DNA of 64,000 nt. It comes from an uncultured Erysipelotrichaceae bacterium. Its GTDB lineage: Bacteria; Bacillota_I; Bacilli_A; RFN20; CAG-826. The position numbers and the translations under genes are program-made. The first letter of the stretch is position 1. Each line of letters begins with the position of its first letter. The notes under the pieces are model-generated. The model did no database searches, had not been told where the DNA came from, and saw only the letters and a program-made list of their open reading frames with translations. The DNA is taken from positions 9,431 to 73,430 of the forward strand of contig ONCO01000002.1 in NCBI GenBank assembly GCA_900316365.1, read 5' to 3'. Of the stretch, positions 19,893 through 26,352 are shown one piece after another.

Positions 19893-21266
19893 ATGGCAAA
19901 CTTTTCAGCATTTAACTTATCTAAAACCATGATCGATTCCCTGAATAAGCAGGGCTATGTCGAGCCTTCTCCGATTCAGACCTCGATCATTCCGCGCGCT
20001 TTGCGTGGTCAGAGCTTAATCGCTCAAAGCCCGACTGGATCGGGCAAAACCCATTCTTATTTGATTCCGATCATCGATAAAGTCGACCAGAACTTACCGC
20101 GTCTTCAGGCCATTATCGTCTGCCCAAGCCGTGAGCTTGCTAGACAGGTCTATGAATTCGCCCGTCCGTTCCAGAAGCACTTCCAGAAGCTTAAGATTCG
20201 TCTTTTCACCTCCGAATCCGATAAGAGCGAGAACCAATCCGGCCTTTCCGAGGCTCCGCAGATTGTCATCGGTACCCCAGGACGTCTTAAAGACATCCTT
20301 ATCGATGAATACGCCCTTAACCTCCATGGCGTTAAGACTTTAGTCTTAGACGAAGCCGATATGCTCATGGAACTCGGTTATTTCGATGACATCGACGCTA
20401 TTTATCAGACCATCGGCTCCGAGCCGCAGGTCATGGTTTTCTCCGCGACCTTAAACGAAGGCCTTAAGGAGAAACTCCATCATTACATCAAGAGCAATTT
20501 CACCTTCGAGGGCGGCGATAACATGACCGCGACTGAGGTTAAGCACCATTTAGTCGACATTAAGCACGTTGGCCCATACGAAGCCTTGAAGAGATTCCTC
20601 AAAATCCGTAATCCATACCTTTGCATCGTCTTCTGCTCTAAGAAGGAAGATGTCCGTAAGACCTATGACGCGCTTAAGGACGAGAACTATCCAGTAACCA
20701 TGTTCTCTGGCGACCTCTCTACGAGAGAAAGACGCGCGGCCATCAGGCTTATTAAGGAAAACCGTTATCAGATCATCGTCTCTAGCGACCTTCTTTCCCG
20801 CGGCATTGATATCCAAGACGTCACCGATGTCGTCTCGATGGACCTTCCAAGCGACCTTGAGTATTACCATCACCGCGCCGGACGTACCGGACGCTTCGGC
20901 AAGAGCGGCGATTCCTGGGTTTTCTATAACTCCGATTCCACCAAACGCCCGTTGCTCCTTATGAAGGATGGCGTCCCGTTTGATTTCATGACCCTCAGAA
21001 GCGAATCCATCACCGTCGACCCTGTCGGCTTAGCCCCGAAGAAGAAATTCTCCAAGAAGAAGGAATTCAGCGAGGAAGAGGCCAAAGAGGTCAAGATTGC
21101 TAAAGCAAACTCCAGAACCAAGACCGTTAAACCGGCTTATAAGAAGAAGATGCGCTGGGAGGTTGAGAAGGTTAAGAACCGTTATCGCCGCAAAGCCATC
21201 CAGAAGTCCATTAATCGCAGCAGGGCTAGGAAATTAGCCGAAAGCGCGAGAAAGAACGATGATTAA
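19893..21266 (+). CDS. DEAD-box ATP-dependent RNA helicase (CshA/CshB-like) with basic C-terminal tail
   Basis: Q motif, AQSPTGSGKT, DEAD (VLDEADML), SAT, HRAGRTGR. Confidence 0.92.
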   Translation: MANFSAFNLSKTMIDSLNKQGYVEPSPIQTSIIPRALRGQSLIAQSPTGSGKTHSYLIPIIDKVDQNLPRLQAIIVCPSRELARQVYEFARPFQKHFQKLKIRLFTSESDKSENQSGLSEAPQIVIGTPGRLKDILIDEYALNLHGVKTLVLDEADMLMELGYFDDIDAIYQTIGSEPQVMVFSATLNEGLKEKLHHYIKSNFTFEGGDNMTATEVKHHLVDIKHVGPYEALKRFLKIRNPYLCIVFCSKKEDVRKTYDALKDENYPVTMFSGDLSTRERRAAIRLIKENRYQIIVSSDLLSRGIDIQDVTDVVSMDLPSDLEYYHHRAGRTGRFGKSGDSWVFYNSDSTKRPLLLMKDGVPFDFMTLRSESITVDPVGLAPKKKFSKKKEFSEEEAKEVKIAKANSRTKTVKPAYKKKMRWEVEKVKNRYRRKAIQKSINRSRARKLAESARKNDD

Positions 21267-22137
21267 GGCGTTAGGCTCCCACGTCTCGTTGAAGGCGCCT
21301 GAGTTTTTCCTTGGCTCGGTCAAGGAAGCTCTTTCCTATGGCTCGACAGCCTTCATGTTCTATACGGGTGCGCCGCAGAATACGAGGCGCCTTCCTCTTG
21401 ACCGCTTGATGATTGAGGGAGGTCTTTCCCTATGGAAAGAAAATGGCATGGATAACGCTAATCTAGTCGTCCACGCGCCATATATCATCAATCTCGCCTA
21501 CCGCAAGGATCCTGAGAATTACGAATACGCGAAATCCTTCCTCTTAGAGGAAATAAGAAGAACTTCCGCCTTTAAGGCCAAGATTCTTGTTCTCCATCCT
21601 GGCTCCCACAAGGGAGAAGGCCCAGAAGAAGGTATAGCCTCCTTAGTTTCGGCCTTGGATGAGGTTTTGGAGAATGATGGGACTGATGTCCGTATCGCCA
21701 TCGAGACCATGGCGGGCAAAGGAAACGAAATCGGCAGGAACCTCGAAGAGGTTGCCTCTATTTTAAATTTGGCCAAGCACAAGGAACGTTTAGGCGTTTG
21801 CCTTGATAGCTGCCATCTTAACGACGCTGGCTATGATTTAAGGGACAAAGAGGCCTTTATCGCTAAGATTGAGGAGACTATTGGCTTAGATAAGGTACTC
21901 GTAATCCACCTTAATGATTCCAAGAATCCTATCGCCTCGCACAAAGACCGTCATGAGAATATCGGCTACGGCTCTTTAGGCTATGACGTTTTGCTCTCCA
22001 TCGCCCAAGATAGGCGCTTCGAAGGCATCCCAAAGATTCTAGAAACCCCTTGGGTAAACGAAAAACCGCCTTATGAGCAAGAGATTAAGATGCTCCAAAG
22101 CGGTTCTTATATCGATTCTTGGCGTGAATCCTTATAA
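21259..22137 (+). CDS. nfo: endonuclease IV (AP endonuclease)
   Basis: Nfo/xylose-isomerase-like TIM barrel (...VLHPGSH..., IETMAGKGNE, HLNDS...H). 292 aa. Confidence 0.9.
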   Translation: MIKALGSHVSLKAPEFFLGSVKEALSYGSTAFMFYTGAPQNTRRLPLDRLMIEGGLSLWKENGMDNANLVVHAPYIINLAYRKDPENYEYAKSFLLEEIRRTSAFKAKILVLHPGSHKGEGPEEGIASLVSALDEVLENDGTDVRIAIETMAGKGNEIGRNLEEVASILNLAKHKERLGVCLDSCHLNDAGYDLRDKEAFIAKIEETIGLDKVLVIHLNDSKNPIASHKDRHENIGYGSLGYDVLLSIAQDRRFEGIPKILETPWVNEKPPYEQEIKMLQSGSYIDSWRESL

Positions 22138-23184
22138 ACGGTTGATCTCTTCGACTAACGCCTCGTAAGCGTCCGCATCATCGACGGTTTTAAGGGTTTC
22201 GCCTTTCTTGAAGATGACCCATTTGCCCGCGCCTCCGGCAATGCCGAGGTCCGCATGGCGAGCTTCGCCTGGGCCATTAACGATGCAGCCCATGACCGCG
22301 ATGGTCTTATGGATATTATGGTCCTCCAGATATGCGAGGACCTTTTTTGCTAGTGGCATCAGGTTAACCTGGGTTCTACCGCAGGTAGGGCAAGAGATTA
22401 AGGTTGGATAATCTTCATAAAGCCCTAGATCATGGAGCATTCTCTTAGCCGTTCTGATTTCTTCCTCCGGCTCATCACTTAAGGAGATGCGAATCGTATT
22501 GCCGATTCCCTCAAGAAGTAGCGGAGAAAGGCCAGCAACGGAGCGAATAATGCCGATTTCCTTTGGTCCAGCCTCGGTGATGCCTAAATGTAATGGATAA
22601 GGGAAGGTTTCCGCGGCGAGGCGGTAGGCTTCGATGGTTTCCTGGACGGAAGAACCCTTAAGGGAGATGACAATGTCCGTGAAACCAAGGTTTTCGAGGA
22701 TCTCGACGTGCTTCTTGGCAGAGTCGACGAGATACTTCGCCTTAATGATCTCTTTACCTTTATATATAGTCGGGTCAATGGAGCCAGAATTAACCCCAAC
22801 GCGAATCGGGGCGTGGTGGGCCTTAGCGGATTCAACGACCGCTTTGATTCCTTCGATGGAGCCGATATTTCCCGGATTGATGCGGATAGCGTCGACACCG
22901 GAATCCAAAGCCGCTAAAGCGAGGCGATAATCGAAATGAATATCAGCGACGAGCGGAATGGTGGTCCTCTTCTTGATTTCCTTAAACGCCAAGGCATCTT
23001 CCATATCAAGGCAAGAGAGGCGCATAACGTCCGCTCCTAAGGCTGCGCAACGGTTAATTTGCGCCGATACTTCCTCGATTTTGCTCGTTTTGATGGAACA
23101 CATGGACTGGATAAGGATCCTGTTGTTTCCACCTAGGGTTAAATGGCCAATTCTGACCGCTTTGGTTTTCTCTCTATTTTGCAT
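22132..23184 (-). CDS. ispG: 4-hydroxy-3-methylbut-2-en-1-yl diphosphate synthase
   Basis: GcpE family (RINPGNIG, CPTCGR, MGCIVNGPGE). Confidence 0.95.
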   Translation of the reverse strand: MQNREKTKAVRIGHLTLGGNNRILIQSMCSIKTSKIEEVSAQINRCAALGADVMRLSCLDMEDALAFKEIKKRTTIPLVADIHFDYRLALAALDSGVDAIRINPGNIGSIEGIKAVVESAKAHHAPIRVGVNSGSIDPTIYKGKEIIKAKYLVDSAKKHVEILENLGFTDIVISLKGSSVQETIEAYRLAAETFPYPLHLGITEAGPKEIGIIRSVAGLSPLLLEGIGNTIRISLSDEPEEEIRTAKRMLHDLGLYEDYPTLISCPTCGRTQVNLMPLAKKVLAYLEDHNIHKTIAVMGCIVNGPGEARHADLGIAGGAGKWVIFKKGETLKTVDDADAYEALVEEINRL

Positions 23185-23281
23185 AGCAAGGTGATTCTAA
23201 ACCATCGAGAACCAAACTTGTAGATTTTGCAATTTGACTATGCTAGACTACTCACCGCAAAAGAGAAGGAAGTGTAAGAAA

Positions 23282-23443
23282 ATGGCCAGCAGCAAACGCG
23301 ATCAAGTTATCTTAAAGTGCACTGAATGCAAGAACGAGAATTACATCACCACTCGTAATAAGAGAAACCATCCGGATAAGATGGAAATCCAGAAATTCTG
23401 CAAGCATTGCGGAAAGATGACTCTCCATAAAGAAAAGAAATAA
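23282..23443 (+). CDS. rpmG: 50S ribosomal protein L33
   Basis: [55 protein letters not shown] gaaggaag. Confidence 0.93.
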   Translation: MASSKRDQVILKCTECKNENYITTRNKRNHPDKMEIQKFCKHCGKMTLHKEKK

Positions 23444-23468
23444 AATTCGATTCTAAAATGCGAAATAA

Positions 23469-23491
23469 AGAGGCTTCAGGCCTCTTTTTTC
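23469..23491 (+). terminator. rho-independent terminator after rpmG
   Basis: gaggct-tca-ggcctc followed by tttttt. Confidence 0.85.
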
Positions 23492-23492
23492 G

Positions 23493-23498
23493 TATAAT
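23493..23498 (+). promoter_or_regulatory. TATAAT box exactly 6 nt upstream of the ATG of the MBL-fold gene, no SD (leaderless candidate)
   Basis: cgTATAATtgacctATG. Confidence 0.5.
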
Positions 23499-23504
23499 TG
23501 ACCT

Positions 23505-24116
23505 ATGGAAATCAGGACCTTCTCTTATTCGGATAGCTTCGCTAACTCATATCTATTAATAGATGGCGATGAAGGCGTTCTTTTCGATCCGGGCTATAAC
23601 GAGAATCATGTCTTGGAGACCGCCGTTAAAGCAATTGGAATTAAGCTTCTTGGCATCTTCGTAACCCATGGCCATTTCGACCATTTCTTTGGTTTGAAGG
23701 AATGGGATAAAGAGACGATGCCACCTGTATTTTTCCCAAAAGATGATGTCGATGCCTTAGGCGATCCAAATAAGAATGTTTCTTATTTCTATTATTCCGA
23801 TGTCGAGACCGTTGAACTAACGCCTTATCAAGTTGAAGATGGCGATGAAATCAAACTTGGAAGATTCTTAATCAAGGTCATCGCGACTCCATATCACACG
23901 ATCGGTTCCGTTTGTTATCTCATCGAGGAGGCAAACGCCTTAATCAGCGGCGACTCATTATTCTGCGGAGGCTTAGGCAGAAGCGACCTCCCAAGCGGGG
24001 ATGCGAGAATGATGGCCTCTAGCCTTGATAAGCTCTCAAAACTCCCTCCAAATACCGTTGTTTACCCCGGACATGGGCCAAAAACGACCATAAAAAACGA
24101 ATTTTCGCGTCGATAA
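23505..24116 (+). CDS. MBL-fold metallo-hydrolase (glyoxalase II / YqgX-like)
   Basis: THGHFDH motif, downstream H and D ligands. 203 aa. Confidence 0.82.
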   Translation: MEIRTFSYSDSFANSYLLIDGDEGVLFDPGYNENHVLETAVKAIGIKLLGIFVTHGHFDHFFGLKEWDKETMPPVFFPKDDVDALGDPNKNVSYFYYSDVETVELTPYQVEDGDEIKLGRFLIKVIATPYHTIGSVCYLIEEANALISGDSLFCGGLGRSDLPSGDARMMASSLDKLSKLPPNTVVYPGHGPKTTIKNEFSRR

Positions 24117-24156
24117 TTGCGTATTTGCGAAAGTGTTTAATGAAATGGAGAAAAAT

Positions 24157-24175
24157 GTTGGTATATAATACCAAC
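24157..24175. promoter_or_regulatory. perfect palindrome GTTGGTAT-ata-ATACCAAC enclosing a TATAAT box upstream of efp
   Basis: 8-bp arms with TATAAT at 24164-24169. About 30 nt upstream of the efp SD/ATG. Confidence 0.45.
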
Positions 24176-24206
24176 GGCATTTTTATGCAAAAGGAGTTTT
24201 TTACTT

Positions 24207-24767
24207 ATGATTAATGTCACTGAAGTACGTCCGGGCAATTACTTCGTCGATGAAGGTAATCTTTACCGCGTTATCGATATTTTGCTCAACAAAACCGCTA
24301 TGAGAAAAATGGTCGCCAAGATCAAAGTCCAGAACTTAAGAACCGGTGCGATCACTGAAATCGCCAGAAACTCTGGTTACCAGGTCGAAGAAGCCAGAAT
24401 CGACAAGTCCCAGATGCAGTATCTCTATGATGCTGGCGAAACCCTCTGCTTCATGAATCCAGAATCCTACGAGCAGATCGAGCTTCCAAAAGGCCGTCTT
24501 GAGAACGAAATCCCATATCTCACCGCCAACGGAATTGTCACCATCCTCTCCTACGAGGATGAAATCCTCGGTGTCCAGCTCCCAGCCAAGGTTGCCCTTG
24601 AAGTTGTCGAGTGCGAACCAGGCGTCCGTGGCGACACCATCTCCAACGGTGGTTCCAAGGAAGCCGTCCTCGAAACCGGTCTCCATATCCGCGTCCCTCT
24701 CTTCATCAACCAGGGCGACAAGATCTCTGTCGACACTGCGACTGGCAAATACGACGGCAGGGCCTAA
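24207..24767 (+). CDS. efp: elongation factor P
   Basis: EF-P sequence (...VRPGNYF..., KTAMRKMVAKIKVQNLRTG...). 186 aa. SD aaaaggag. Confidence 0.96.
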   Translation: MINVTEVRPGNYFVDEGNLYRVIDILLNKTAMRKMVAKIKVQNLRTGAITEIARNSGYQVEEARIDKSQMQYLYDAGETLCFMNPESYEQIELPKGRLENEIPYLTANGIVTILSYEDEILGVQLPAKVALEVVECEPGVRGDTISNGGSKEAVLETGLHIRVPLFINQGDKISVDTATGKYDGRA

Positions 24768-24770
24768 TCG

Positions 24771-25010
24771 ATGCTTACCATCTACGATTTCGGGTGGAAT
24801 GCTGGCTGGTTCGGCTTAGTCATCGGCGCCTTGATTCTTGGTCTCGTCGGCGGATTCTTCCTTGCTAGATATATCATCCAGAAGCAGATGGAGAAGAACC
24901 CTCCAATCAATGAGAAGATGATCCGTGCGATGTACATGCAGATGGGTCGCAAGCCATCTGAAGCTCAGATCAGAGCGGTCATGAATTCCGTCAAAAAGAA
25001 CAATCAATAA
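24771..25010 (+). CDS. yneF: UPF0154 (YneF-like) small membrane protein
   Basis: N-terminal TM helix then NPPINEKMIRAMYMQMGRKPSEAQI, typical of YneF. Confidence 0.78.
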   Translation: MLTIYDFGWNAGWFGLVIGALILGLVGGFFLARYIIQKQMEKNPPINEKMIRAMYMQMGRKPSEAQIRAVMNSVKKNNQ

Positions 25011-25025
25011 TCATTTAAGTAAAAC

Positions 25026-25056
25026 GACCGAGTCCAAAAGGCTCGGTCTTTTATTT
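25026..25056 (+). terminator. rho-independent terminator after yneF
   Basis: gaccgagtc-loop-ggctcggtc followed by ttttattt. Confidence 0.88.
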
Positions 25057-25074
25057 ATGAACTTAAGCATCCAA

Positions 25075-25330
25075 AGAGTGTGGCTGGGAAGTTAACCGCG
25101 ACATGCATCGGGCGATTGATGCGGTGGTGGTGGCGGCGCCTTCTAACGGCCGTCCTGAAACTTTAATGGGCCAGGGCCAAGTCATTATTCCAAGAGCCTT
25201 CCCGGCACGACCGGCAAGGCCTTTTTCTTTGTCTCAAGAAATGGCCCTCCCAGGCGCGTCAAATGGCGGGACGTCTAAATATTCGTCCCAAGCAGCAGTG
25301 GGGCTCTGCGGGCCATTTCTGACGTTTTGG
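25075..25330 (+). ncRNA. unclassified GC-rich structured RNA candidate (possibly two modules)
   Basis: Much more GC-rich than other intergenic DNA here (by eye). Hairpin 25105-25122. Terminator-like hairpin 25196-25220 plus T run. 11-bp stem agaaatggccc/gggccatttct (25237-25247 / 25310-25320) enclosing gggacg/cgtccc (25268-25289). No SD and no plausible CDS. Confidence 0.3.
25196..25230 (+). terminator. terminator-like hairpin inside the GC-rich island
   Basis: gccttcccgg-cacga-ccggcaaggc followed by ctttttcttt. The T run is present only on the plus strand. Confidence 0.5.
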
Positions 25331-25430
25331 AAATCCGCAATTTTCTTATTATTGAAATTTAGAAACGTATTGCGCATTTGATTGTGGAAAACAAAATATT
25401 GTCAATCAAAAACCAAGACACAATCGAAAG

Positions 25431-25466
25431 AAAAACGGGGTAGAAAATATCCACCCCGTCTTTTCC
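25431..25466. terminator. bidirectional rho-independent terminator (plsY on the minus strand; any plus-strand transcript of the island)
   Basis: aaaaa-acggggt-agaaaatatcc-accccgt-cttttcc. Confidence 0.8.
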
Positions 25467-25478
25467 ACTGAATCGTAA

Positions 25479-25500
25479 AACTACTAATTAACTACTAATT
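25479..25500 (-). repeat. two perfect head-to-tail copies of AATTAGTAGTT, 2 nt downstream of the plsY stop
   Basis: The plus strand reads AACTACTAATTAACTACTAATT. Confidence 0.9.
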
Positions 25501-25502
25501 TA

Positions 25503-26249
25503 TTACTTCATCCAAGTAATCTTGCTTTCTTTGCCTTCCTTCATTCTCTTGATGTTGGAGGAATGTCTCCAGATTAAGAGAGCGGAAATTAAGGTGATTA
25601 CGATGGCGTACCAGAAGCCCCAGACGAGAGCCTGATCTCCAAGACCGAAAGTCCAAGAGAAGATGCTAAGTGGAACATCGGTAAATGCGGTAACGAAGAA
25701 GATGACCCAAGCAGCGGTAGACTGGACGACGCCAGAGATGATGGAACTAAGGGAGACCATCTTTTTGAACTTAAGGGTTGCGAAGTAAGCAAGACCGCAT
25801 ACTAAGCCGACCCAGGAGCTCATCGTGGCGATGCCCATGAGGGTCGCGGCAGCTTTGCCGCCTTTGAAGTGGAGATAGATTGGCCAGCAGTGACCGATCG
25901 CGGCGGCCAAACCGGCTAACCAGTAGTAGAGAGGTTTCAAATCCTGGAAGATTTTCGGGTTCGAAGCGAATTCGTAATAGCTGTGAAGCGGGGTGAAGGT
26001 CAAGATCGCCCAGACGATATAGACAACGCCGATCGACTTAAGCATGTCGAGGACGATGACGATGAAGCCAACCTTTTTGCCAAGGACTCGTCCAGCGTTG
26101 GTTCCGCCAGAGTTTCCGGAACCCTCTTTTCTAATGTCCTTATGGAAGAAAACCTTTCCAATCCATACTCCGTTGGAAATGCTTCCAACAAAATATCCAA
26201 GGATTATTGCCGCCAAGGCGGTGAGTATATTTACTAAGTAAATATTCAT
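25503..26249 (-). CDS. plsY: glycerol-3-phosphate acyltransferase PlsY
   Basis: Polytopic membrane protein with GSGNSGGTNAGR motif. Sits next to parE-parC, as yneS does in Bacillus. Confidence 0.93.
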   Translation of the reverse strand: MNIYLVNILTALAAIILGYFVGSISNGVWIGKVFFHKDIRKEGSGNSGGTNAGRVLGKKVGFIVIVLDMLKSIGVVYIVWAILTFTPLHSYYEFASNPKIFQDLKPLYYWLAGLAAAIGHCWPIYLHFKGGKAAATLMGIATMSSWVGLVCGLAYFATLKFKKMVSLSSIISGVVQSTAAWVIFFVTAFTDVPLSIFSWTFGLGDQALVWGFWYAIVITLISALLIWRHSSNIKRMKEGKESKITWMK

Positions 26250-26316
26250 ATTTTTACTCCTTATTTCGGGCTACATTATCCATTATTCGCGCGTGTTTTT
26301 CCATTCAATCTCGCGC

Positions 26317-26343
26317 TATAATTACGAACAACCTATAGGTTGT
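26317..26343 (+). promoter_or_regulatory. TATAAT box followed by the perfect 16-nt palindrome ACAACCTATAGGTTGT in the parE leader
   Basis: TATAAT at 26317-26322. Palindrome at 26328-26343, 9 nt before the ATG at 26353. No SD. Confidence 0.45.
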
Positions 26344-26352
26344 ACACATTCC

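Noticed and set aside
25075-25330. Possible identity as SRP RNA, tmRNA, RNase P RNA, 6S RNA or a known riboswitch
   Set aside because: An AAGCAGC heptamer resembles the 3' side of SRP helix 8, but the apical loop is 10 nt rather than GNRA and the 5' side does not match. There is no GAGGAAAGTCC (RNase P), and no GGATTCGAC or T-loop/CCA end (tmRNA). There is no long closing helix as in 6S RNA. ZTP, fluoride and guanidine core motifs are absent. There is also no downstream gene to regulate.
25103-25381. 92-aa ORF covering the GC-rich island
   Set aside because: It has no SD and an atypical G-ending codon choice. The product is low-complexity and Ala/Pro/Gly-rich. The ORF spans two terminator-like hairpins. 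It is more consistent with structured RNA than with a protein.
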